Of a stretch of DNA of 64,000 nt, positions 49,407 through 59,782 are shown one piece after another. The notes under the pieces are model-generated. The model was given only the letters and a program-made list of their open reading frames with translations. It made no database searches and was not told the origin of the DNA. The stretch lies in IMG/VR virus record IMGVR_UViG_3300013382_000005, one strand, 5' to 3'. The translations under genes and the position numbers were made by a program. The DNA is from an uncultured virus (IMG/VR IMGVR_UViG_3300013382_000005) (taxonomy: Duplodnaviria; Heunggongvirae; Uroviricota; Caudoviricetes). How positions within the stretch are numbered: the stretch's first letter is position 1; every line of letters begins with the position of its first letter.

Positions 49407-51101
49407 TCAACACTTTATAATGTTTTTAATTTTCATTGTATATTTATTTCGATTTCTGAAATCAGGAACTATACTGCCATATAGATTAACCTTTGTCTTA
49501 TTAATCCTTTTGTCTTTTTCATTCCAGATCCAGATATCTTTAATTTGATTATTTTTTACAAATTTATATTCTATATTTAATGGATTATTCTTTGAGCAAT
49601 GACTACTTAAACAATAAACATCTTTTAAACAAAATACTGGATCATTATTAAATGGCATAAAACCATATGATCTATAGAATTCTTCACTGAAATTATCATA
49701 ATTGATTTCGGCATCATAAATCAGTTCATCAGACTGTTGTATACAACTATCATCATAATTTGAAAACTGATTAATGATATAAGAATCTAAGTCATTAATA
49801 AATATTTCAAGATTTTTATTATCTGATGGCATTGCAAATCCAGCAGCATACTTATGACCGCCAAAGAAGCTTATAATTCCTTTTTCGAGCTCTTGATTTA
49901 AAACTTCTTGAGTATCAAGACAAATATATCTATCGTTGACTCTTATAGATCCCACGAACAATTTATCTTCTGTTTTTGTGACTGCAAAAGCAATTGGTAA
50001 TAATTCATACTCTTGAATTGCTTGTGTAGCAACAACTCCACAAATGCCAGAATATTCTTTATCTAATACCATACTAAATGTATGCTGATCCAACCAATTT
50101 ATCGGATAAGACTCTATCTTTTCTTTAATTAGCTTTTTAGCAGACTTAGTTAAATCTTTGCGCATGTCATTTAGATCTACAATTTCATTGATTATGTCAT
50201 CGCATTCAGTTTCATCTTTAGTTATTAATAACTTATAAGCAAGTTGAATATTGTTCATGCGACCACAAGCATTTAATTTTGGTATAATATCAAATTTTAG
50301 ATCATTAGGATAAAGATTGTTTGTTAGACCACAATACTCAATTAATTGGTTTAATCCAGTACTTATTGTTTGACCTGTGTTCATAATATCTATACCATAT
50401 CTTACAAGTGCGATATTTTCTTCTGTAAGTTCCATCATATCAGCCAATATACCAAGAGCAACAAAAGGTAAATATCGCATCATATTATATTCATCATACA
50501 AACTTGTAAGAATCTGGCATACTTTATAAACCACTTCACAACCACATAAATGATAATTGGATTCATCTTTATCTGGACCATGTGCATCTACAATTAAACA
50601 ATCAGGGACAGTTTCTTTAGATTCATGATGATCCAGAACTAATGCTTCAATATTATTTTCTTTTAATAAGTTGATTTGATCAACACAAGTTATACCATTA
50701 TCTACTGTTATAACTAATACTGGAGTATTAGTATTTTTATGTCTAGCTATAATATCTTGGCAAGTCTTTAGGTTTAATCCATAACCATCAGATCTGTTTG
50801 GGAATAATAATTCTACTTTGCCAGTAGATTTTTTGTCCAAAACATCTTTGATTATATAGCCAGATGTCAAGCCATCGACATCATAATCAGCATAGATATA
50901 GATATAAGAAAAATTGTTATCACAATATTGTTTTATTAACTTCGCAGCACTTTCTGCATTATGTAATTTATTCGGACTTCTGACACTGAGAAATTTTGCA
51001 TATAATACATGATCAATCTCAGTATCAGAATAACCTCTGTTTTTCAGTAGTGTTGTTACAAGCGAATAATCTATATTTTTATCATCAAATGTCATAGTCA
51101 C
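49407..51101 (-). CDS. recJ: RecJ-like ssDNA exonuclease (DHH/DHHA1)
   Basis: YADYDVDG, ITVDNG, LDHH, PKLNACGR, GGHKYAAG. Confidence 0.9.
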   Translation of the reverse strand: MTMTFDDKNIDYSLVTTLLKNRGYSDTEIDHVLYAKFLSVRSPNKLHNAESAAKLIKQYCDNNFSYIYIYADYDVDGLTSGYIIKDVLDKKSTGKVELLFPNRSDGYGLNLKTCQDIIARHKNTNTPVLVITVDNGITCVDQINLLKENNIEALVLDHHESKETVPDCLIVDAHGPDKDESNYHLCGCEVVYKVCQILTSLYDEYNMMRYLPFVALGILADMMELTEENIALVRYGIDIMNTGQTISTGLNQLIEYCGLTNNLYPNDLKFDIIPKLNACGRMNNIQLAYKLLITKDETECDDIINEIVDLNDMRKDLTKSAKKLIKEKIESYPINWLDQHTFSMVLDKEYSGICGVVATQAIQEYELLPIAFAVTKTEDKLFVGSIRVNDRYICLDTQEVLNQELEKGIISFFGGHKYAAGFAMPSDNKNLEIFINDLDSYIINQFSNYDDSCIQQSDELIYDAEINYDNFSEEFYRSYGFMPFNNDPVFCLKDVYCLSSHCSKNNPLNIEYKFVKNNQIKDIWIWNEKDKRINKTKVNLYGSIVPDFRNRNKYTMKIKNIIKC

Positions 51102-53096
51102 CTTTGATAAAGATATTATATTCTCTTATACGACGCTGTACTAACGGTTCAAGTTTCTTACTCTTTTTAATACCATTTTCATAATAAGAATAGTAAATGC
51201 CATTATTTGTTATAGCATTATAAAATTCGGTCATATTTACCTTTGTTTTATTGATAATGTAATTAGCAGCAGCCTGATTGACAGCCTTACGTCCACCACA
51301 ACTACAAGTAAAACAAACAAGTGCGTCTAACTCACATTGAGTAATCATTGTAAATACATTAAGATTTCTCATAGCAGTTGTAACTACTTTTGCTTTAGAC
51401 ATAGCATCATTCTTTAAAAGCTCATACGCTTTTTCCAATGTAATTGGCTCCTTAAAGTTATCTGTAGGAAGAATCTGATGCCCAAAACCTATAGAATACA
51501 TTTGCTTACCAGTTTGAGGATCTAATCCATCTTTATATCTTGTAGGCTGAAAACTTTCATAATCAGCCATAACTTTAATGATTTTATCCGAAGGGATATA
51601 TACTCCTGCTGAATTAAGCTTTGGTTTTTCCATTGGTCCTTTAGGAAGATACTGGTCTTCTATATCAAATATACTTTTAGGATTCAATTCATAATCCTCC
51701 AAATTATCATAAGAATTGTCTGTTGATTGCAGCATACCTTCTATTTTATATAAAGCAATATCAGGTTTTTGTTCTGATAAAGGAGTTTCTGCTTCATTAA
51801 TAACATCGCTTTTCTTAATACGTTCATCTGGCTGTCTAACCTTTTGAGACAATTTAGAATATTGGTTTGTATATTTATCTACTTTTATATTTTCCAATGC
51901 AGAATCAATATCTATCCTTGAAGATTGTGTATCATCAACTATCAACGATGAATTCAATATAGTTGGATCAAGATATTCGGATTCAGGCAAATTATAAACC
52001 TGTCCTTCAATTGGCTTNNNNNNNNNNNNNNNNAAATATCATTTACTAGGTTATCGTCTAAGCATCTAATGCATAAATACTTATCATAAACAGATTGTCC
52101 ACCATAATAAACGCAGTTTATATTGACTCTAGAAGATAATCTATGAAGATATCTAATATTTGGAGCCATAACATTTTCAAGCTTTACAAGTCTTTTCTCT
52201 GTCGCTTTAGATAGTTTGTCAATCGTCTCAACAAGCTCGAGCATTTTTGCTGCGCATAAAACAGACTCTTCATTTGTTGGCATATTAGATTTAAGTCTAT
52301 CTACAGCAACATTATCTAAAACAACCTGAGGAGTATGTTTTTCTAGCCTGTAAATATATTTATCTGTATTATATGGCTCCGAACTATTTGGTATGGTACC
52401 TTTATTCTCTTTAGTAATCTTTAAAAGGCTATCAATATTATAATTTTTAATTTCTTTTTCATAGTCCTTAGTAAATAATGCAGGAGAACTAGTAAGATCA
52501 TTATAGATTGGCTCATACTTACCATTTAATTCAGAAGTATATTGAATATTAGATTCAGTTTTTGAGTCAGTAGCACTATCTGTCTGATTTTTATTATTTA
52601 CATAGCTTTTATCTGAAGTATCTCTTGTAAATATATCAGAAGGTTTATAGTCACCAACAGTATTTGGAATATCAAAGACCATTGATGGTTGTATGGCTTT
52701 ATTATTGCTATCTCTTATTTCAAAATGGAGATGAATACCGGTTCCGCCATTTGCCGACCATACTCTACCTGTATTGCCTTCAACACCTAGCACATCGCCC
52801 TTATTAATCTTATCTCCAACACTTACAGCAACAGACTGAAGATGCTGATAATAAACTGTATATCCAGTTTCATTGCCTTTTATTTTTACAAGATTTCCTC
52901 TCGGATGAACCAAATCTATATTATATGAATCTGTAACTGTCTGAACGACAATACCGCTTTCAACAGCTATAACTTCCTTACTGCCATAAGAGACCAGATC
53001 AATGCCATTATGCATCTCAATACCATTGCCAAGATTACGCTTGCCAAATGGAGAAGTAAGTCTATAGCCAGCATTCTTATTAAATGGAGCTATCAT
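51085..53096 (-). CDS. Two-domain lysin: N-terminal M23 peptidase plus C-terminal GH24 lysozyme; one gene across the N-gap at 52018-52033
   Basis: M23 motifs HNGIDL...YQHL...HLHFEI; GH24 motifs YESF...RYKD...YSIGFGH...RRIRE. The post-gap sequence KPIEGQVYN is in frame with the 51085-51990 ORF. Confidence 0.75.
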
Positions 53097-53377
53097 GGTT
53101 TATATACCTTTCTATTAATTAAAGATGCATAATTATTAGCCATAGCCATTTGTTTTAATTTTTGGCGATACTCTTCCTGAGACTGTAAATTAGCAAGATA
53201 GGAATAATCGAATTGTTCATTCTTATATTTATCCATAATCTGCTTATATACTTCTGCTTTTATTATGAGATGATCTTCATCATCTTCATAATACCAGTCT
53301 CCATAAGTAATTAATTCGCCAGAGATACCGCATTTATAAAACTCATTAAAATGAGTATTTCTTTTTAAATATAATAT
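53093..53377 (-). CDS. Hypothetical protein (94 aa), probable ATA start
   Basis: RBS AAAGGCGGTG lies 7 nt before ATA. Reads (M)LYLKRNTHFNEFYKCGISGELITYGDWYYEDDED...; the stop overlaps the lysin ATG (ATGA). Confidence 0.6.
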   Translation of the reverse strand: MLYLKRNTHFNEFYKCGISGELITYGDWYYEDDEDHLIIKAEVYKQIMDKYKNEQFDYSYLANLQSQEEYRQKLKQMAMANNYASLINRKVYKP

Positions 53378-53439
53378 ATCTAAACACCGCCTTTGGTATA
53401 TTTATTATTACTGTTTTCAGAGGCGCGTGAATATGTGAA

Positions 53440-53646
53440 TCAAACAAAGTTTACATGTTTTGAATCAGCTCCAAAACGATCAAACACATAACTTAAAAAT
53501 TCAGGAATTTTAAATACAATAGGCTTATCTATGTCCTTATAAAATGAAATTTCATTTTCTAATCCGTCTACTGTTATATCTTCAAAATCCTCAATATTAT
53601 CTATAACAGAATTAAAAATATTTTGTCTTGCGCTTATAATTTCCAT
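53440..53646 (-). CDS. Small hypothetical protein
   Basis: 68 aa ORF. Confidence 0.45.
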   Translation of the reverse strand: MEIISARQNIFNSVIDNIEDFEDITVDGLENEISFYKDIDKPIVFKIPEFLSYVFDRFGADSKHVNFV

Positions 53647-53672
53647 TAACTAAATAAAAAGGTTATGCAACC

Positions 53673-53870
53673 TTATACAGTTGCATAACCTATAACCTCA
53701 TTATCAAAAATACTTTTATGTTTTTCAAACATAGCAGCTATAATAGGATTAGGGCTGCTTGTTTTGTTTATATATCCAGGATCATATATATTTCCTTCAA
53801 TTTGATACTTAGTTCTTCTGAAGTACTTCTTAGGTTCCTGAATAATATTTTGTGTAATAATATTATGCAT
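53673..53870 (-). CDS. Small hypothetical protein
   Basis: 65 aa; its 3' end overlaps the hairpin AGGTTATGCAAC/GTTGCATAACCT plus T-run. Confidence 0.5.
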   Translation of the reverse strand: MHNIITQNIIQEPKKYFRRTKYQIEGNIYDPGYINKTSSPNPIIAAMFEKHKSIFDNEVIGYATV

Positions 53871-56760
53871 CTATATCTATTGTTTTACTAGATGAATTAT
53901 CATCAATTATATCATCTGCTGATGTATCATCAAAAATGCTATCAAATTCGCTAACATTAGATATATCTTTTGCTTCAGATTCTATTACAGAATCATTTGT
54001 ATTGTTCTTATGATATTCGTCTGTTATAATTTGCTTAAAGCAGTTATCATTAACCTTATATCTGATTCCACTAACTATACTATTTGCTATCTGAGTTAAG
54101 AGATCTTCATTTTCACTGAGTGCCTGAAGCCCCTCTTCACTGAATTTACCTTCAATTGCCATTGATGCCTGAAGCTTAGTAGCCATAAGAGATAATGCTT
54201 GTTCCTGAATCGTATTCTCATAATACAGATAATATACAGATATAGGACGAGTCTGACCAAGTCTCCAGCTTCTTCTGCTTGATTGTCTCATAGTAAAAAG
54301 ATTGTATCCTACTTCATAGAATACGATAGTTGTGAAGTCAAGAAGATCTAGCCCGGTTTCAACAAGAGAAGGATTACACATCATGACATCCAAATTATCT
54401 ACACGATCTTTTATCCATTGCTCTCGATTCTGAGCAGACACAGACGCCTTAAGTACTTCAGTTCTATATCCGTGATCAGTCAGAATCTTTTTAAGGCGTT
54501 CATCCAAATTCACTATATTTGTCCATGTATAATAAATCAGGACTTTCTCACCATTAGCATGCTTCTGCTCAATAATATTAAGTAGCTCTTGCTCCTTAGG
54601 AAGAATAGTTGTTTTATCTGTTATATCAGCAGGAGTTGCTATAATATTATTTGACTCAGGATCTACAACCGGTTCAATGTCATATGGATAATCAGGATAT
54701 GCAGATAGTGTCTTTGTAATACTGCCAATAATCTTCTTATGGCTTCTTAATGCGTCTGCAATCTTATTCTGTACATCATCATAATTTCTTGCCATTTCTT
54801 CTGTCATAGAAACTCTAGTAGGATATTCAGTATAATTTGGCAGACCATCAAGCATATCTGACAGATTAACAAATACTGCATTATCAAGAAGGAACTTTGT
54901 AAATACAAGTGGAGATACACCAGGCAGCTTCTTCGTTATAGATCTTGTCTGTGGTCTATATACATTTAGCTCTTCTGTGAATACATTCTTTACAACACCG
55001 AATGTTTTACTGAATGCATCCTTGCTATTATAATTGAATCCTTCTCGAATCATTGTTTTAGGCATTGTTCTGAATAGCATATAAAATAAGCTATCTGCAT
55101 AACCATTCAGAAGAGTACCGGTAAGACCAATAACCTTGTTCGCTACACTTGCAAGCTGTCCAAATGCTTCTCCCTGAGCTGAATCACCATTATAAAGATG
55201 TAATTCATCTCCGATAGCATAATTAATATACCCCTTATAATACTTACGAATATATTTTGCTATAGGATATCTGGAATAATTAGGCTGAGGAAATTTACTG
55301 CTATTTTCCTGATACTGTTCAATAGCATAAAGAATATTGCTTTCCTGTTTCTTGAGTTTATCAGCATCATTAACCAGACGCTCATGCAATTCATTTAAAC
55401 GATTCTTCTGGAACCAACCATTTGCCCCCAGCTTAATCCAGCCATCATTATTGTCACTGACAGTGACCCAAAGCTTTGTGCCACAATCATGACATTCTTC
55501 ATTCTGGCTAGTCTGCTTACACATATCTATATCGTCTAATTTAGAAGGTGTATAATATCTATCTGATACTTTTTCTTTAGTTTTTATTATCTTACCACAA
55601 TGAGGACATATAAATGCCTTTTTGCTAATGCTATATATTGCATTAGGACGATATTCGTTATCAAGCTTTGCACTCTCTTTAGACATGATCATAAACAGAC
55701 TCTTCTTTTTATGTCTGTCTCTTATTTTAGAATTCAGCTTAATAATGTCATTTACATTCTTAATTATATATGCTTCTGCATTTGGAACATACTTTGTTAC
55801 TTCACGCTGCCACTTATTAACCAAATGAGCAGGACACATTATGACTGCATTGAATCCATCATGCTTTGCAAAAGCATAACAGATACCAAGAGACATAATA
55901 GTCTTGCCACTTCCTTGTTCACCTATAACAAAAGTAGATTTCTTAACCCCTAGTGCATTTATAACAGACTGCATAGTGCATTTCTGTGCATAAAACAAAT
56001 TCATGCCTTCAAAATAACAACTATCATCAAAATCATTTAGTCTGTTATTATATTTATCCTGCCCTGGGATATACTGTGGAACATAAGAAGACTGAATCTT
56101 ATTCGCGAGAATTTCACTATAATTATTTAAATAAGAGTCAAGACCAGTTACACTTTTTATTGTTGAGGTAGCATTAGTATAATTCTCAATGCTAATACTA
56201 TGATTCTTAAGACCATTTGATATTGTGTCAATAATATAGCTTTTCGTACAATGAAATATTTTAAGCTCTATTGGTGGCTCTTTATGATACCTTCTATCAG
56301 TTGTACCTTTCATATCTTCTATATATCCAATAGAAAGCCTATTGTAAAGATACTTTGCCCAATCCTTAATCATTGGGATATCAGTATATTTATTCAAAAG
56401 ATCATAGAACAATTCTGCTCTTTCATCTATAGTCTTATTTTTCTGATATGCAAAGAATAAATTAATAGTTTCACTATTCTTATCTGCATCAATATTATTA
56501 TATTTATAAATAACATGAACAAGATCAGATTTTTCATCTCTATAACGATAGACGTCATAACACTTCTTATCCAAAAATGTTATTTCTCCATAATAAACGC
56601 TATTGAATGACCCTGTTTTCATTTGCGAATTAATTTGGTTTGCAATATTCTGATAAGACACAAAAGATAAATATGCAATCTTATATTTACCGCTCGAACC
56701 AATTAATCCTATAATATCAGCATCAATATTAATTGATGTATTATTTAAATTAATATTCAT
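53863..56760 (-). CDS. Large SNF2/DEAD-like helicase with zinc-binding insert
   Basis: GEQGSGKT, CPHC...CHDC, GDELH, LTGT, TGLDL, RQSSRRSWRLGQ. Confidence 0.85.
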   Translation of the reverse strand: MNINLNNTSINIDADIIGLIGSSGKYKIAYLSFVSYQNIANQINSQMKTGSFNSVYYGEITFLDKKCYDVYRYRDEKSDLVHVIYKYNNIDADKNSETINLFFAYQKNKTIDERAELFYDLLNKYTDIPMIKDWAKYLYNRLSIGYIEDMKGTTDRRYHKEPPIELKIFHCTKSYIIDTISNGLKNHSISIENYTNATSTIKSVTGLDSYLNNYSEILANKIQSSYVPQYIPGQDKYNNRLNDFDDSCYFEGMNLFYAQKCTMQSVINALGVKKSTFVIGEQGSGKTIMSLGICYAFAKHDGFNAVIMCPAHLVNKWQREVTKYVPNAEAYIIKNVNDIIKLNSKIRDRHKKKSLFMIMSKESAKLDNEYRPNAIYSISKKAFICPHCGKIIKTKEKVSDRYYTPSKLDDIDMCKQTSQNEECHDCGTKLWVTVSDNNDGWIKLGANGWFQKNRLNELHERLVNDADKLKKQESNILYAIEQYQENSSKFPQPNYSRYPIAKYIRKYYKGYINYAIGDELHLYNGDSAQGEAFGQLASVANKVIGLTGTLLNGYADSLFYMLFRTMPKTMIREGFNYNSKDAFSKTFGVVKNVFTEELNVYRPQTRSITKKLPGVSPLVFTKFLLDNAVFVNLSDMLDGLPNYTEYPTRVSMTEEMARNYDDVQNKIADALRSHKKIIGSITKTLSAYPDYPYDIEPVVDPESNNIIATPADITDKTTILPKEQELLNIIEQKHANGEKVLIYYTWTNIVNLDERLKKILTDHGYRTEVLKASVSAQNREQWIKDRVDNLDVMMCNPSLVETGLDLLDFTTIVFYEVGYNLFTMRQSSRRSWRLGQTRPISVYYLYYENTIQEQALSLMATKLQASMAIEGKFSEEGLQALSENEDLLTQIANSIVSGIRYKVNDNCFKQIITDEYHKNNTNDSVIESEAKDISNVSEFDSIFDDTSADDIIDDNSSSKTIDIDA

Positions 56761-56780
56761 ATTATTATATCTTTAGTAAA

Positions 56781-58205
56781 TTATACCAGTGTGAGAAGCT
56801 CACCATCTGGTTCAAATATGTTTATACTTACTTTATTTGTAATTATTTCTTCTGATGTCTTAAATTTATCTGATGTTGTAGAAGAAACGTTCTCTTTTTG
56901 TTTTATAACAGTGCCTTTAATAACATGAGCACCTATTGTATTATTATCAGAATCTTTTTCTTCAATAACACCATCAAGACATCCAGACGTTAAAACAAGA
57001 CCAAGCTGTCCTATACTGAAAGGTAATAAAGGTCTTTTTGCTTCAGAAACATTATTATTTGTATCAAATATATCAGTAATAAGATCATGCTTCTCTAATA
57101 TCTGACTTACCATTCCTTCTGTAACAACAGAGCCTCTAAAAATGGGTACGTCATAATTAACCTTACCTACGTAAAACTGTGCAGTTTCAGGATCGTCAGA
57201 TTCAAATTCGTTAAATTTATATAATCTACGAAGTCTATTGAATAGCTCTTGATCTGGCATCTTATCCTTACGCCTGTTTCCTGTAACAATTACCATCTTA
57301 CTATCTGGCATAGTAAAGATATGTACATCTTTAAGATACTTTGCCAATATACTACTTATGTCTTTTGTGAACCTAAAATAATAGGTCATATAAATAAGCA
57401 GCCCATCTGGCTTTATATATTTAAGACTATTAATTAGTCTGTTATATTCATTCTGAAATTTACCAATCTGATCGTTACTATAAAGCAAAATATCTCTAGC
57501 ATCGCAATATACAACATCAAAAACTCCGTTGCTTATTTTGCAATTGCTTAAATTTCCGAGAATATATCGATCATAGATATTATCTACTTTACTTGCTGAA
57601 ATTGAACTTGTACTAAAGTGGCCAAACACTTCATAATTCTCTTTAAGCGACATATCATGGCTAGCGCCTGTAAAACTATATGTTGTGTTGTCCATAACAA
57701 ACAACTTATGCTTACCATAGCCATTCTGAGGTATATGATTAAATATACTACTCACTGTCTTCCATATATCTGCTTTTTCACAATAGTTATCAGATTGAAT
57801 AAGTGGATAAGTATAGTTCATCTTTGTATATGGTTCTTCACCTGACTGAATAGGAGCCAAAATACCAGATAATGCATCAGTATATTCTGCAATTAGATCA
57901 CTATACTCTTCGTCTAATTCATCTTTTAAAAAATCTTTTGATTCATTACTATCGTTATTATATGTTTCAAGATCTTCATAATATCTTTTAGCTCTCTTTT
58001 TTATCCTGTTAAGAACATCAAACTGTTTACGAATCATATTCGTTTTATTAGGATTATAATAACGACTAGTATAATAACAAAATTGCTCTTCCATATAGAA
58101 AAGCATATCATAATAATTATTATAGAATCTATCTATACTTTCAACGATATTTAGATTCTTAGTAATTGCAACTTTCTTTTGAAATTCATCGATAGATCGA
58201 GACAT
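56781..58205 (-). CDS. Methyltransferase-fold (DUF6094-like) partner of the helicase
   Basis: ISNGVFDVVY...LKYIKPDGLLIY; C-terminal PLLPFSIGQLGLVLTSGCLDG...HVIKG; no NPPY/DPPY motif. Confidence 0.6.
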   Translation of the reverse strand: MSRSIDEFQKKVAITKNLNIVESIDRFYNNYYDMLFYMEEQFCYYTSRYYNPNKTNMIRKQFDVLNRIKKRAKRYYEDLETYNNDSNESKDFLKDELDEEYSDLIAEYTDALSGILAPIQSGEEPYTKMNYTYPLIQSDNYCEKADIWKTVSSIFNHIPQNGYGKHKLFVMDNTTYSFTGASHDMSLKENYEVFGHFSTSSISASKVDNIYDRYILGNLSNCKISNGVFDVVYCDARDILLYSNDQIGKFQNEYNRLINSLKYIKPDGLLIYMTYYFRFTKDISSILAKYLKDVHIFTMPDSKMVIVTGNRRKDKMPDQELFNRLRRLYKFNEFESDDPETAQFYVGKVNYDVPIFRGSVVTEGMVSQILEKHDLITDIFDTNNNVSEAKRPLLPFSIGQLGLVLTSGCLDGVIEEKDSDNNTIGAHVIKGTVIKQKENVSSTTSDKFKTSEEIITNKVSINIFEPDGELLTLV

Positions 58206-58259
58206 GCTTAAAATTTTATCACATGTATAACTTATTTTAGTTCTCCATATAATTTAAAA

Positions 58260-58281
58260 AGCCGCGCTTTTAACGCGGCTA
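58260..58281 (-). terminator. Rho-independent terminator
   Basis: AGCCGCG-ttaaaag-CGCGGCT followed by TTTT on the minus strand. Confidence 0.65.
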
Positions 58282-58286
58282 TATTT

Positions 58287-58685
58287 TTATACTTTATCTG
58301 CTTTTTCTTTTGATTTTTCTTTTGCAAGCTCTTCATCAAGTTGCTTATAATTACTGGTGAAAGAATTATAAAGATTCTGTACATAGTCACGTACTGGCTG
58401 ATTCAATATATTCCTAATTGTTTCAGGGAATGTAGCAAGTATTTGTGTCACACAGTAATCCATTCTTTCAGCATTAGTCCAGTTTTGTTTTTGAGCATAT
58501 AAGAATAGTGACTTGGCAAAATCATTAAGCATATCAGTTGTATTTAAAACTGCATTTAATGCTTCTTGCGACTTATTGTCAAGATTCTTATTATATGTTT
58601 TCAAAAAAGTAATTATCATAGTAGTTAAACTGGATATAGCAAAGACTATAAGACAAGCGATACCGATGTAATCAGAAAATTGCAT
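58287..58685 (-). CDS. Membrane-anchored protein, possibly holin-like
   Basis: Single N-terminal transmembrane segment followed by a helical body. Confidence 0.5.
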   Translation of the reverse strand: MQFSDYIGIACLIVFAISSLTTMIITFLKTYNKNLDNKSQEALNAVLNTTDMLNDFAKSLFLYAQKQNWTNAERMDYCVTQILATFPETIRNILNQPVRDYVQNLYNSFTSNYKQLDEELAKEKSKEKADKV

Positions 58686-58701
58686 ATTTTTCTACTCCAT
58701 A

Positions 58702-59016
58702 TTATTTTAATTTTATCGTAGCATTATCCGAAGTATAATTATTCATGCATTCCAAGAAACACTGGTTACATTTATATGTATCACGTTTTTCAACACCCAA
58801 TGTTCTCTGTACATTAAAGCAGCTCTTATTTTTAAACTTATAATTCTTCTGAGCATCTTTTGGAATAAATAATTCGGAAACACATGGATAGTATTTCGAA
58901 TTTATTATTACTCCTCTACCATCTGAATTTATATTATCTGTAAACCGCTTTTTTAATGCTTTTATATTTTCGCCGCAAATTTCTTGCGATAAATATCTTT
59001 TTAGTAGGTTAATCAC
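58702..59016 (-). CDS. Hypothetical protein
   Basis: 104 aa with CNQCFLEC. Confidence 0.5.
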   Translation of the reverse strand: MINLLKRYLSQEICGENIKALKKRFTDNINSDGRGVIINSKYYPCVSELFIPKDAQKNYKFKNKSCFNVQRTLGVEKRDTYKCNQCFLECMNNYTSDNATIKLK

Positions 59017-59266
59017 TGTTAATATTCTTGTCTATTATATCTTTGACTTGATTATAAAGATCGTATGTAAGACACAATCCACTTTTTGTATTAACATATA
59101 CATTACTGTCGTAATTTCGTTTACGAAGTCTTATATCTACATACTTTACATTATCTTTCTCACAAAGACGAATCGCAATTTTTTCAGATTTATTTTTGTC
59201 AAAAGAGCCAAGTTCAGTTTCCTTGTCCCACCAAATTACATCTGAAGACTCTTTCTTTTTAGTCAT
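59009..59266 (-). CDS. PC4/YdbC-like ssDNA-binding protein
   Basis: KYVDIRLRKR...NTKSGLCL pattern. Confidence 0.65.
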   Translation of the reverse strand: MTKKKESSDVIWWDKETELGSFDKNKSEKIAIRLCEKDNVKYVDIRLRKRNYDSNVYVNTKSGLCLTYDLYNQVKDIIDKNINSD

Positions 59267-59269
59267 ATT

Positions 59270-59782
59270 CTATACCTCATGATAACAGTTGTCGCAAAAA
59301 TACTTACCAGAAGCTATATCTTCATTAGCACAATTAAGGCAGATGTTTTTTTCACACTTATCGCATTTAACCATTTCGTCTGGTTTTCTTTTTTCATGAC
59401 ACTGTTCACAGATACAAGTTTCATTTTCTTTTTGTTTTTCAGAGTTATTAGCTATAGCTTTTAATTTAGCAATAGCATCAGCTCTTAATTCTGCTTTAGA
59501 TATACGATTATTGTTTATTGGATCCGAAGTATTGTCATATGACTGACATGTAATTGTCGGCTGTATAGTATTAGGTGGAGTAACGCCTGTAGTAGAAAAT
59601 TTACTATATGCATCAATAGGAGTTCTACTAACAGGAGTGTTAATTGGCATATTCTTATTCTTTTCAATCTTCTTTTTACATCTGCTGATGTCTATAATAT
59701 TGCCATATGTCTTATATATAATACATATATCTGTATTAATGCAGCCTGAGCACACAGAAAGATTATTATTTAAGTCGATCAT
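59270..59782 (-). CDS. Cys-rich zinc-finger protein
   Basis: Multiple CxxC pairs at both ends. Confidence 0.6.
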   Translation of the reverse strand: MIDLNNNLSVCSGCINTDICIIYKTYGNIIDISRCKKKIEKNKNMPINTPVSRTPIDAYSKFSTTGVTPPNTIQPTITCQSYDNTSDPINNNRISKAELRADAIAKLKAIANNSEKQKENETCICEQCHEKRKPDEMVKCDKCEKNICLNCANEDIASGKYFCDNCYHEV

